A DNA stretch of 64,000 nt from positions 3,329-67,328 of IMG/VR virus record IMGVR_UViG_3300032246_000393, one strand, 5' to 3'. A program made the translations under genes and the position numbers. The notes under the pieces are model-generated. The model ran no database searches. It worked only from the letters and a program-made list of their open reading frames with translations, and was not told the DNA's origin. This document shows positions 8,574 to 17,570 of this stretch, in pieces; the first letter of the stretch is position 1, and each line of letters begins with the position of its first letter. Source of the stretch: a virus.

Positions 8574-9611
8574 ATGAGCGGGTTTGCAACGATAGGCCGA
8601 CTTGAACGGCTGAGGGATTACCGAGAAGCGGAGTTGTTCTACAACAGCGTGACACCCATACGTGGCAGGGCTGAAGTAATCAAACCGCTAGGTGCGCGAC
8701 GTGATGCTGACAAGTACCAGATTGTTAAGGGTGGTAATGATGTGTTCGGTCACTTTTATGCGGCTAAGTTATACAACACATACGTCGTTAAGTTTAGGGA
8801 AGATGGCGAGATCGTAATCAATACAGGCGGGTATAACACAGCGTTGACCATGCAGTTTATTGCTGAGGTCTTAGGGATAGGTGCGAATAGACAACGAGGT
8901 AGTAATGTTTTCCGCATTAGCGGTGAGAACTACATCACCAAAGGCAACGACGAGCTACGCATAAAGCACATAGGCAACGGACAGTTTGACATCATCAGCG
9001 AGAACAAACACTTCCACTATGTGATTAACCGTAGCGGGGCTAACAATGTTAGGAAGCGTACCGCTGACTTCCGAGGTTACTTGAAGGGCTTCATATCCCT
9101 GCGTACACAGGAGGTTAAGAAGTATGGAAACGCCTACGAGATGGTGTGCGTACCGAGGACTGAGTTCGCCGAGATATTTGGTACACGAGTGGAAGAAGAT
9201 TGGAGTGGTAAGGAGATTTCCTTACTTAAGTCTGATCGCTTTCATTACCTGACGGACAAACGGCATAACTATACGAAGTTTATGGAGAACAGCCGAGCGT
9301 TAGACGCATTGGCAAGATCAAGTGACACGCAGGACTACTACATTGCAGCAATGATGCTGTGTGCGGGGGCATCGCATGAGACGTTCGTGAGACTAGACAC
9401 CAAAACAGAGGAGCACTTGCGAGTTATGCCGAGCGGCATCATCGAGACGTTCGACGAGTCACAGTTCAAGCTGTATGCAAGCGAGGTGCTGACGATGGTT
9501 GAGGTAGGTAAGGGCAAAGTGCCTAACACTAAGTACGACAGTTGGGCTGACCCAACGCCTAGTGATAACGAGTACAGCAGAGACAACGACACTTTAGTAA
9601 TCAAGGTGTGA
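8574..9611 (+). CDS. hypothetical early protein
   Basis: Long ORF; likely start ATG 8574 after GAGGGGG. Confidence 0.8.
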   Translation: MSGFATIGRLERLRDYREAELFYNSVTPIRGRAEVIKPLGARRDADKYQIVKGGNDVFGHFYAAKLYNTYVVKFREDGEIVINTGGYNTALTMQFIAEVLGIGANRQRGSNVFRISGENYITKGNDELRIKHIGNGQFDIISENKHFHYVINRSGANNVRKRTADFRGYLKGFISLRTQEVKKYGNAYEMVCVPRTEFAEIFGTRVEEDWSGKEISLLKSDRFHYLTDKRHNYTKFMENSRALDALARSSDTQDYYIAAMMLCAGASHETFVRLDTKTEEHLRVMPSGIIETFDESQFKLYASEVLTMVEVGKGKVPNTKYDSWADPTPSDNEYSRDNDTLVIKV

Positions 9612-9618
9612 CTAAAGG

Positions 9619-9647
9619 TTGAAGTTAGTATAACAATGTGGTATAAT
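9619..9647 (+). promoter_or_regulatory. sigma70-type early promoter P3
   Basis: TTGAAG-N17-TATAAT, extended -10; context homologous to P2. Confidence 0.8.
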
Positions 9648-9741
9648 ATAATAGTGGGAATTCAACCACTAACAACGCCGCCTAACAATGTTAGGTATAA
9701 CAACGTAGTGCAAACAAGTCCATTAACAGAAGGAGCTAACA

Positions 9742-10806
9742 ATGGCTGAAGTAACTTTCGGTAAGACAATTTCCCTAGATCAAGCTGTCTCTTTGATCGT
9801 GAGTAACCCTGAACTTAGGTTCATGTTACGTGGCGAGCCGGGGATAGGTAAGAGTTGGATGCTAGAGGTTATCGCTTCAAAGCTAGGCTATGGTCACGCA
9901 TACATTGACGTGCCTAACTTAGACTTGGGCGACATCGCAATGCCAGTCATCAACCACGAGACAAAGACTACCCACTACTACCCTAACGCTAGGTTCGGAC
10001 TGCATGACGGTAAGCCTATGGTCATTATGCTTGACGAGTTCAGTAAGGGAGCCGACCCAGTAAAGCACATGCTGCATCCGATGCTAGAGAAAGCTAACCC
10101 GCGACTCGGTGACATACCGATACCTAACAAAACCATAGTCTTTATGACAGGTAACTTAGCTACTGACGGCGTAGGCGATACGCTGAAGGCACACACTCGC
10201 AATCGTATCGTGGAGGTACACGTGCAGAAACCTAATGCAGACCAATGGGTAGCGTGGGCTATTGAGAATGACGTAGAGGCTGAGGTCATTGCGTGGGTAT
10301 CACGCTATCCGCACGTATTGGCTAGCTATACCGACCCTGCGCAATCAGAGAATCCGTACATCTTTAACCCAAAGCGTGCACAAGCTGCGTTCGTATCACC
10401 ACGTTCGTTGGTAACAGCATCTAACATTGTTAGGACACGTTCGCAGAACCATCCTGATGCAATCATCGCTGCGTTGACTGGTGCTATTGGCGAGAGTGGT
10501 TCGCGTGACATGCAAGCGTACATCGAGTTCTCGGATCAGTTGCCGACATGGGAGCAGACTATTGAGCACCCTATGACTACGAAGATACCCACAGACCCAG
10601 GGGCTTGCGCAATCATTGTGTTCGGTGCAATCGCACGTATCACTAAGGAGAACATCACACCGTTCATGCAATACCTCGCACGAATGGATGCCGAGTGGCA
10701 AGCCGCGTTCGTAATCAATACAGCTAAGTCAGAAACTAAACAACAAATTGCATTTACGTGCAAAGCGTTTAGCGACTGGGTTGCTAAGAACATGGACATC
10801 ATTTGA
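9742..10806 (+). CDS. MoxR/dynein-related AAA+ ATPase
   Basis: Walker A GEPGIGKS, Walker B IMLDEF, TGN sensor, NR finger, SPRS. Confidence 0.88.
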   Translation: MAEVTFGKTISLDQAVSLIVSNPELRFMLRGEPGIGKSWMLEVIASKLGYGHAYIDVPNLDLGDIAMPVINHETKTTHYYPNARFGLHDGKPMVIMLDEFSKGADPVKHMLHPMLEKANPRLGDIPIPNKTIVFMTGNLATDGVGDTLKAHTRNRIVEVHVQKPNADQWVAWAIENDVEAEVIAWVSRYPHVLASYTDPAQSENPYIFNPKRAQAAFVSPRSLVTASNIVRTRSQNHPDAIIAALTGAIGESGSRDMQAYIEFSDQLPTWEQTIEHPMTTKIPTDPGACAIIVFGAIARITKENITPFMQYLARMDAEWQAAFVINTAKSETKQQIAFTCKAFSDWVAKNMDII

Positions 10807-10821
10807 TAGGGGAGCCTAACA

Positions 10822-11031
10822 ATGTTAGAGCATGTGTACTACTGGGCGTGGCGTGAGGAGGACAACCCACAGAGTTACGCCACACCTGATGACAAGAAGC
10901 TGTATCGAGTCTTTAGAGCATCGAAGAGTAGTACTCGGGGTATACCTTTAACTGAGACTATGAGTAGGGAAGAAGCAAAACAGAAGTGCGAAGAGATAGT
11001 TAAATTAACTCAAGGGAAGGAAATTAAATGA
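10822..11031 (+). CDS. small hypothetical protein (putative paralog family A)
   Basis: RBS GGAG, start codon inside palindrome; YRV...LTETMSREEA...IVKL. Confidence 0.65.
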   Translation: MLEHVYYWAWREEDNPQSYATPDDKKLYRVFRASKSSTRGIPLTETMSREEAKQKCEEIVKLTQGKEIK

Positions 11032-12224
11032 GCGAAGAACGCCGTTTGCAGAAGGCCAAGATCAGCCTAATGCGTAGTGAAAGGTTCGCGTTGTTTAGCG
11101 GCATCCTAATGGTTGGGCGTACGTCAGTAGACGATAACGTGCCGACTGCATGTACCAACGGGCGCGACGAGCGGTATGGTCGTGAGTTCGTTAAGAAGTT
11201 GAGAGACCCCGAGCTTGCGTTTGTTGTGATGCACGAGGGCATGCACAAGTGTTATCGACACCTAACTACGTGGCGCAAGCTATACGAGGAGGATAAGGTG
11301 TTAGCTAATGCTGCATGTGACCACGTGATTAACCTACAACTACGTGACCTTGACCCCGAGGAGAAGATCATAGCGATGCCGAGGTATCGGGATGGTGAGA
11401 AGAAGGGTGAGTTCATGGGCTTGATTGACGAGCAGTATCGTGGCATGAACGCCAAGCAAGTGTTCGACCTACTAAAGCAGAAGTATGGGCGTGGAGGTGG
11501 TGGCGGTGGTGAGAACTTTGATGAGCACGATTGGGATGGAGCCAAAGAACTTACCGAAGAAGAGAAGAAGAAACTCGAACGCGACATTGACGTTGCTGTG
11601 AGGCAAGGACTAATGACGCACGAGAAAATGGTAGGGAAGGGAACTGGTGGGATTTCTCGGGAACTTGAGCAATTGCTCGAACCAAAAATTGATTGGCGTG
11701 AGGTGTTGCGTGAGTTCGTTAAATCTACGTGCCGAGCAAGAGACACGTCATCATGGCGTAGACCGAACCGGCGCTATCTGGCTACGGATACGTACATGCC
11801 TAGCATGATCGGGCAGCGCGTTGGACACTTGGTTATTGCTATCGACACATCAGGTTCGATTGGTGGTGACGAGTTGGCTGAGTTCTTATCCGAGGTGAAA
11901 GGTATTGCCGAAGAAGTTAATCCTGAGAAGGTTGACTTGCTGTACTGGGGCACGAGTGTTGAAGGGCATGAGGAGTATAGCGATGCGGACGTGGCTAACA
12001 TTGTTAGTTCAACCAAGCCAATTGGTGGAGGTGGTACTGCACCTAGCTGTATTTCAGAATACATAGCCGAGAACAAGATCGACCCCGAGTGCATCATCGT
12101 GCTGACTGATGGGTATGTTGGTGACGATTGGGGTAGTGAGTGGAACGCGCCGTTGCTGTGGGTGATTACTGGAGGTAACAAAGTAATGGCTGCACATGGC
12201 AAGACTATTCATGTGGAGAAGTGA
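11028..12224 (+). CDS. DUF2201-like metallopeptidase plus VWA domain protein
   Basis: HEGMH zincin, N.A.D..IN, MIDAS DTSGS, GGGGT, LTDG. Confidence 0.88.
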   Translation: MSEERRLQKAKISLMRSERFALFSGILMVGRTSVDDNVPTACTNGRDERYGREFVKKLRDPELAFVVMHEGMHKCYRHLTTWRKLYEEDKVLANAACDHVINLQLRDLDPEEKIIAMPRYRDGEKKGEFMGLIDEQYRGMNAKQVFDLLKQKYGRGGGGGGENFDEHDWDGAKELTEEEKKKLERDIDVAVRQGLMTHEKMVGKGTGGISRELEQLLEPKIDWREVLREFVKSTCRARDTSSWRRPNRRYLATDTYMPSMIGQRVGHLVIAIDTSGSIGGDELAEFLSEVKGIAEEVNPEKVDLLYWGTSVEGHEEYSDADVANIVSSTKPIGGGGTAPSCISEYIAENKIDPECIIVLTDGYVGDDWGSEWNAPLLWVITGGNKVMAAHGKTIHVEK

Positions 12225-12433
12225 TGGGCAAAGTTAAGGTAGGAGGTATTCATACGATGAGGCAGCGACTTGCTGAAGCGTACGAACGTCAATCCAAGAT
12301 CACGTATTACCGCATCGAGGACATTGACGGTACGTTCATGATAGCAACTACGCCTAATAGAGGTATCGTCAAGACTAACTTAACCGAAGCCGAGTGCAAC
12401 GCATGGATGCGCATACTTATGGGGGGTGAATAA
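12221..12433 (+). CDS. small hypothetical protein (putative paralog family A)
   Basis: YYRIE...VKTNLTEAECNAWMRIL. Confidence 0.65.
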   Translation: MMGKVKVGGIHTMRQRLAEAYERQSKITYYRIEDIDGTFMIATTPNRGIVKTNLTEAECNAWMRILMGGE

Positions 12434-12690
12434 TGGCAATAATAACCCTACAGCAAATGAAACAGGCTGCGTTAGCTATTCTGAACCAAAGTTTTGCTCA
12501 GAGTTACCCGCCGACTATTGAGTATCACGCTAGGCGTACCGATGATAACCCGAAGGTATGGAAGGTGGTGGAGCTAACAATGTTAGGTAAAGAAGTAGTA
12601 AATATGAAGGAGCTTGCGACTGACTTGAAACGTAACCGAGCAGAAGCATTAGTAAGACTGTTACGTAATAACCAGAAAGATGGGAGCTAA
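12433..12690 (+). CDS. small hypothetical protein (putative paralog family A)
   Basis: WKVVE...LATDLKRNRAEALVRLL. Confidence 0.65.
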   Translation: MAIITLQQMKQAALAILNQSFAQSYPPTIEYHARRTDDNPKVWKVVELTMLGKEVVNMKELATDLKRNRAEALVRLLRNNQKDGS

Positions 12691-12692
12691 TT

Positions 12693-13547
12693 ATGAGCAT
12701 AGCAGCTAGCGCAGTATTGGTTGAGCTAAACATTTCCGTTTGGCCTGCAAAGAAAGTAGATCGTGAGACAACGGATCGTGTCAATGCTAACGCATCGGCA
12801 GTACATGACGCATCGCAGACCAAGAAGAATTTGTTTGCGGGTACGAGCATGCGTAGTGACATCGAGAAGTTCGCCGCACGTGTTCGTTTATTCCACAACC
12901 AACACACATTACCGTGGGCTGACAAAGGTGAGCGACTGTTACCAACTAAGTTGTTCATGGACTACAAGCAAACGATGGATGGGTTCGAGCGTACGTTCGA
13001 GATCATGTGCGACAACTTCTTTACTGCATACCCTACGTTAGTACAACAAGCACAGGGCAGTTTAGGTGCTATGTATAAAGCCGACGACTATCCTGATATT
13101 GACGAAGTACGAGGGAAGTTCGGGTTCAGACGTGCGACCAACCCACTACCAGAGGCGGGAGACTTCCGACTGGACGTAGGCAACGATGCACTAGAGGAGA
13201 TAAAGCAGGAGTATGCGCGTAAGTTTGATGAGCGATTAGCTGACGCTATGCGTTCGCCGTGGGAGAGACTGCATAAAATTCTCGCAGACATGAGTGCCAA
13301 GCTGACCGACAAGGAAGGCGAGGATGGTAAGAAGCGTTACCACGATACTCTGATTACTAACGCACAGGAAATGTGCGACTTGCTGACTAAGTTAAACATT
13401 ACCAACGATCCGAAGCTAGAGCAAGCACGTAAGTCATTGGAGCTAACAATGTTAGGTGTAGATATTGCCGACATCAAAGAAAGCCCAGTAGTACGTAGCG
13501 ATGTGAAGAACAAGGTCGATGACATTCTTAAACGCTTTGATTGGTAA
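12693..13547 (+). CDS. DUF3150-like protein
   Basis: AVLV.LNIS.W...K.D, TLPW...G.RLLP, DYP....VR.KF; usual neighbour of AAA/VWA pairs. Confidence 0.65.
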   Translation: MSIAASAVLVELNISVWPAKKVDRETTDRVNANASAVHDASQTKKNLFAGTSMRSDIEKFAARVRLFHNQHTLPWADKGERLLPTKLFMDYKQTMDGFERTFEIMCDNFFTAYPTLVQQAQGSLGAMYKADDYPDIDEVRGKFGFRRATNPLPEAGDFRLDVGNDALEEIKQEYARKFDERLADAMRSPWERLHKILADMSAKLTDKEGEDGKKRYHDTLITNAQEMCDLLTKLNITNDPKLEQARKSLELTMLGVDIADIKESPVVRSDVKNKVDDILKRFDW

Positions 13548-13556
13548 GGGGGAAGT

Positions 13557-13925
13557 ATGGGATACCGAAGTGATGTAGCTGCTGTGTTCTATGCAAAAAA
13601 CATAGAGGACATGCCAGTAATAAAGCTGTGGCTAGAAGAGAACTTCCCTATAGATACGTTTGCACAGAGTATACGGTGGTTCGCTAAGGGTATGGTGTTT
13701 AACGAAGAGAATGTTAAATGGTACGACAACTACCCTGAAGTTATGGCGTTCGAAGAAGCAAGGGATAAATTCATAGACTTGTTCTGTGATGACAAAGAAG
13801 GCGCGGTTGTAGGTGCGTTCGAGTTCATACGTGTAGGTGAGCAGTACGACGATGTTGAAACCGATTATAGAGGTGACTATGACTGTTTACTTGAGTGTAA
13901 TCGTTCGATAAGTGTATCCGCATGA
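13557..13925 (+). CDS. conserved phage hypothetical protein
   Basis: MGYRSDV, VKWY, FIRVGE.YDDVE motifs. Confidence 0.75.
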   Translation: MGYRSDVAAVFYAKNIEDMPVIKLWLEENFPIDTFAQSIRWFAKGMVFNEENVKWYDNYPEVMAFEEARDKFIDLFCDDKEGAVVGAFEFIRVGEQYDDVETDYRGDYDCLLECNRSISVSA

Positions 13926-14188
13926 GGCTAAGTCAACTAACAAGTAGGAAGTGGGCAGTTATGAAGCCAAGAGGATGGAGTCAAGGAAAACAACTTGCTC
14001 GTATTGCCAATTCATTCATAGCACAAGGCAGACTCTACAACGTCAAGAAACATTCGGCGCGTAGTAAATACAGGGGGTATTACATCGTTGAGTTGAAAGG
14101 ATCATTATTAAGTAGAGAGTTCAAGGTAGCCAAGAACCTAACAAAAAAACAAGCAGTAGCGTGGATAAAACTATTGAAGGGGTTGTAA
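13922..14188 (+). CDS. small basic hypothetical protein (putative paralog family A)
   Basis: YYIVE...VAKNLTKKQAVAWIKLL. Confidence 0.65.
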   Translation: MRLSQLTSRKWAVMKPRGWSQGKQLARIANSFIAQGRLYNVKKHSARSKYRGYYIVELKGSLLSREFKVAKNLTKKQAVAWIKLLKGL

Positions 14189-15054
14189 TGAACAACATAG
14201 CAAAACTATCGAACGTGAAGTACAGCGAGAAGTTTGACGAACATAGAAGAGCTAACGTACCCATAGACTCGCCGAGTCTATTACATAGCGTTGTGTGGGA
14301 GCTTGCTACTAGGAACCCACAGTGGGTTTTCTATGTGAACGCAGGGATCAAGACAGGCCGAGACATATTCAGGGCTGAAGCGTTCGATGTGAAACTAGAC
14401 GATGAGATTATCGGTTCGCTGCATCACGTGTATTACCGAGGCGACTACTGCGTGGGTGTATCTAACCAACGTATCGGTAAGATGATGGATCACGGAACCA
14501 TGACGCGCACTAAAGATATATCTAAGGCACTACAGGTAGCTAGGAAACATTTCAGTAAACGTAATCAGACTGAGGTAGTTGATGAGGCACACAAACAAGC
14601 TAAGGACTACTTAGCTAATGTGAACTTCACCCATGACCGCAAGCTACGAGATGCTAAGGAACCGTTCGATGTACTAGCCAAAGAGTTTGCGTATGAAGCA
14701 GGGATGGATGTGTTCAAGGCTTATCTAAATACAAAAGTAAATGGTGGTCAATTGCTACATAACCTTGAGCAAATGTTTAACATCTGGGCAGAAAAACACA
14801 TAGTTGAGCAGGTTCAGAAACAATTCAGGGTGGGTATGGCTTGCGTTGTGGTATTAAATGGTGGTACATATATCGTTAGGAACCAAGCAAACGAGGTAAT
14901 CAGTAGGTATACCGATGAGGACTTACCTGAGTTCATGCGTATGAGGATTGGTTTGCTAAAGCTAGTACGTGAGGGGCAAGTGGTGAATAACGTAGGGTTC
15001 CGAGCTAGTGATACGACATTCATAGTACTTACGAATCGGGAGGAGACATGTTAG
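14188..15054 (+). CDS. hypothetical protein
   Basis: TAATG-coupled start; C-terminal LPE.....IGLLKLV..GQ....VGFR motif. Confidence 0.8.
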   Translation: MNNIAKLSNVKYSEKFDEHRRANVPIDSPSLLHSVVWELATRNPQWVFYVNAGIKTGRDIFRAEAFDVKLDDEIIGSLHHVYYRGDYCVGVSNQRIGKMMDHGTMTRTKDISKALQVARKHFSKRNQTEVVDEAHKQAKDYLANVNFTHDRKLRDAKEPFDVLAKEFAYEAGMDVFKAYLNTKVNGGQLLHNLEQMFNIWAEKHIVEQVQKQFRVGMACVVVLNGGTYIVRNQANEVISRYTDEDLPEFMRMRIGLLKLVREGQVVNNVGFRASDTTFIVLTNREETC

Positions 15055-15230
15055 TAGACGGTAAATTTTTTAAGGAAGAGCCGCCAAAAATAGGGGCAAA
15101 TTGGATACCTAAGTACAAGGACGATCTGATTACCCCAGAGGAACGGATTGTTCAGGATGCGTTGCTAGGTGTACGTAGCCCTGAGTTCTCAGTATTTGCA
15201 CGAGTGTTTGGAAAAATTTTAAAAATCTAG
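15048..15230 (+). CDS. hypothetical protein
   Basis: RBS GGAGGAG; PPKIG..W motif. Confidence 0.65.
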   Translation: MLVDGKFFKEEPPKIGANWIPKYKDDLITPEERIVQDALLGVRSPEFSVFARVFGKILKI

Positions 15231-15239
15231 GGAGGAAGC

Positions 15240-15440
15240 ATGGACATACTACCGCACAGAGAATACATCAAAAAATTCTTGGCGCAGCAAGAGCCTTTGA
15301 TTGGGCGCATTGAAGCTATCACTACCAACGAAGGTGCGCACATTGATTTAAATAACATGAACGACGAAGAAGCAAGGATTGCCGCCGAGTACTTCATGTT
15401 GTTGGGCGTGCCCACGTTCGAAGGCAAAGCGGGGAAATGA
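15240..15440 (+). CDS. hypothetical protein
   Basis: RBS GGAGG. Confidence 0.65.
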   Translation: MDILPHREYIKKFLAQQEPLIGRIEAITTNEGAHIDLNNMNDEEARIAAEYFMLLGVPTFEGKAGK

Positions 15441-15553
15441 TGGAGACATATTCTTTTCTTACGTTTATAGGCGGCATACTTGTGGGTATGGGTGTAGCTG
15501 TACTACTAACCGTTTTAGCTATGGTTATATGGAGCAGACGTGATGGAGGATAA
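15437..15553 (+). CDS. 38-aa membrane peptide
   Basis: MMETYSFLTFIGGILVGMGVAVLLTVLAMVIWSRR; ATGA coupling. Confidence 0.5.
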   Translation: MMETYSFLTFIGGILVGMGVAVLLTVLAMVIWSRRDGG

Positions 15554-15713
15554 AAAGTTTTGCACTTCATGTCAGATGCACAAGCCAGTCGAAGGAGGTA
15601 TGGTGCAAAGGACAAAGACAACTAGGTGGAAGTGTAAAGGTTGTCTTACCAAGAAAGCCCCTAGCATTTATACAAAAGTAATGAAGGAGGCTTTGTATGA
15701 CCACAGGGATTGA
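15543..15713 (+). CDS. 56-aa zinc-ribbon protein (below cutoff)
   Basis: KFCTSCQ...RWKCKGC. Confidence 0.6.
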   Translation: MEDKKFCTSCQMHKPVEGGMVQRTKTTRWKCKGCLTKKAPSIYTKVMKEALYDHRD

Positions 15714-15897
15714 AGAACTAAAGGTAATAAAAAAACGGAAAGGGCGGGGCGTAGGCAAGAAACCCGCACTATTCTGTACGAGCTTGCGACTGCCAAAGGA
15801 TGTGATGAATTACTTTAACCAACACTTCCCATACACGAAGCAAGCGAAGATGAGGGAAATTCTTGCCGACTATGTAAAACAACAAGGAGCTAATTAG
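15697..15897 (+). CDS. ribbon-helix-helix (BrnA-like) DNA-binding protein
   Basis: Basic arm RKGRGVGKKP then TSLRLPKDVMNYF...QAKMREIL..YV. Confidence 0.6.
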   Translation: MTTGIEELKVIKKRKGRGVGKKPALFCTSLRLPKDVMNYFNQHFPYTKQAKMREILADYVKQQGAN

Positions 15898-15899
15898 CT

Positions 15900-16421
15900 A
15901 TGGAAACAAAGAAGAAAGTAGGTAGGCCAAAAGGTAGTAAAAATAAAGTATCACGCGCAAAGCGTATGGCGGCTAAAGTAAAACATACTAAGGCTGAGCT
16001 TATCCGTAAGTACGCAACCACATTCCCTAACGCAAGGCCATCAGAAATTGCTAGATACTATGGGTATACACGTCAGTACGTTATCCAAGTGTTATGGGCA
16101 TGGCGTAAGAAGAACGCGGGTATTACTCCTGCTAAGTATGTGCACGAAGTAACTACGGATGAAATGAAAGCGCACATGAACGAACACATAGAACTGCACA
16201 AGGAAATAACTAAAGATATGGTTAACAACCCGCCGCACTATACACAGGGTGGGATTGAGACTATTGATTTCATTGAAGCTAAAGCGTTGTCTTACAACTT
16301 GGGTAATGTAGTTAAATACATTACACGTGCCGATCACAAGGGCAACAAGGTTGAGGACTTAATGAAAGCACGTTGGTATCTTGACCGAGAGATTACTAAT
16401 TTAACACCGCCGTTAGCCTAA
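15900..16421 (+). CDS. AT-hook/HTH plus DUF3310 (SaV-like) protein
   Basis: GRPKGSKNK; PSEIARYYGYTRQYV; VNNPPHYT.G.IETID, GNVVKY, EDL.KARWYL. Confidence 0.8.
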   Translation: METKKKVGRPKGSKNKVSRAKRMAAKVKHTKAELIRKYATTFPNARPSEIARYYGYTRQYVIQVLWAWRKKNAGITPAKYVHEVTTDEMKAHMNEHIELHKEITKDMVNNPPHYTQGGIETIDFIEAKALSYNLGNVVKYITRADHKGNKVEDLMKARWYLDREITNLTPPLA

Positions 16422-16441
16422 CATTGTTAGGTGCAACGTCG

Positions 16442-16465
16442 AGCCGCCTTAGGGCGGCTTTTTTA
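16442..16465 (+). terminator. intrinsic terminator
   Basis: AGCCGCC-TTAG-GGCGGCT-TTTTT. Confidence 0.85.
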
Positions 16466-16480
16466 TTTTCTGAAACACTC

Positions 16481-16508
16481 TTGACAAAGTACAGTCTTAT
16501 GTTATATT
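16481..16508 (+). promoter_or_regulatory. promoter of replication genes
   Basis: TTGACA-N16-TATATT. Confidence 0.7.
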
Positions 16509-16541
16509 TGTGATGTGCTTTGATACGTTAGGAGTATACGC

Positions 16542-16856
16542 ATGGCAGCAACCCCAGAAGCGAAAGTTAAGAAGAAGGTTGTTGACATACTTAAAGGTCA
16601 TGGGGTGTATTACTTTTTCCCCGCGACACATGGATACGGCAGGTCAGGTGTACCCGACATAGTGTGTTGTATTAACGGTAGATTCGCAGCCTTTGAAATT
16701 AAAGCTGGTAACAATCAACCGACTGCATTACAGGAGAGGGAGATACGTTTGATACAAGAGACTAAGGGTATAGCCGCAGTCATAAGAGAAACCAACATTG
16801 ACTTGGTGACTACAATCGTTAAGGAGCTAACGCATGCCAAAGAAGGAGATAGTTAG
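16542..16856 (+). CDS. VRR-NUC (PD-(D/E)XK) nuclease, putative Holliday junction resolvase
   Basis: E..VK, GVPD, FEIKA, PTALQ. Confidence 0.88.
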   Translation: MAATPEAKVKKKVVDILKGHGVYYFFPATHGYGRSGVPDIVCCINGRFAAFEIKAGNNQPTALQEREIRLIQETKGIAAVIRETNIDLVTTIVKELTHAKEGDS

Positions 16857-17112
16857 GTATCACCCTTGTGAAGCAGTGATGCTACTAATGCAGCGCATGG
16901 AGTCAAACCCCGAAGAGTTTAGGTTAGACACCGGCAAGTGGGCGAACCTACTTGCACATATCAAGAAGCGTGTAGTGGACAAAAACGCCGATGCTTTTAT
17001 TATCTTAGATGACTTTGAAGCTGAGATGGTGTGGAATAAATTTAAAGCAGCGGGTAAAAGAGAACTACATACATTCGTAATGCAAAAAATATTAGAAGGG
17101 AATGAGAAATGA
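16834..17112 (+). CDS. hypothetical protein (paralog pair B)
   Basis: LL.RMESNPEEF....GKW. Confidence 0.7.
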   Translation: MPKKEIVRYHPCEAVMLLMQRMESNPEEFRLDTGKWANLLAHIKKRVVDKNADAFIILDDFEAEMVWNKFKAAGKRELHTFVMQKILEGNEK

Positions 17113-17570
17113 GCGATGAATTTTGCGCGGGGGTACAGATACTACTAAAGCGGTTGGAGACTAACCCTGAAGAGTTTAAGGAAGAACATGGTAAATGGTC
17201 GAGTATACGCAACGCTGTGTTTGAGTACAAGGAACGTGGTGAGCGCGGCGCATGGCTGCGTGGGTTAAAAGAGCCAGAGATAGATGCGTTGTATGAAAAG
17301 TTCAGCGCACTTCATAGAGGTGTGATCGACGAGTGGGTGATGAAGCAAGTGCTAGCTGAGCCAGAAGAAGAGCTTAAATACAGAGCTACAGAGAGATACG
17401 CGCATAGTTGGAATGACCCACGTATGCTGCAAAACGCTGTACCCGCCGGAAGCTTTGTTACTGTGGGTGGTAGTGGAGGTGGAGGTAGTGGGGGCGTGTT
17501 GATACAAAACAGTACGCAAGCTAAACCCGAGTCCGTTATGAGCAAAATTAAAAGAGAGCTTGGTCTGTGA
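17109..17570 (+). CDS. hypothetical protein (paralog pair B)
   Basis: LLKRLETNPEEF....GKW. Confidence 0.7.
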   Translation: MSDEFCAGVQILLKRLETNPEEFKEEHGKWSSIRNAVFEYKERGERGAWLRGLKEPEIDALYEKFSALHRGVIDEWVMKQVLAEPEEELKYRATERYAHSWNDPRMLQNAVPAGSFVTVGGSGGGGSGGVLIQNSTQAKPESVMSKIKRELGL

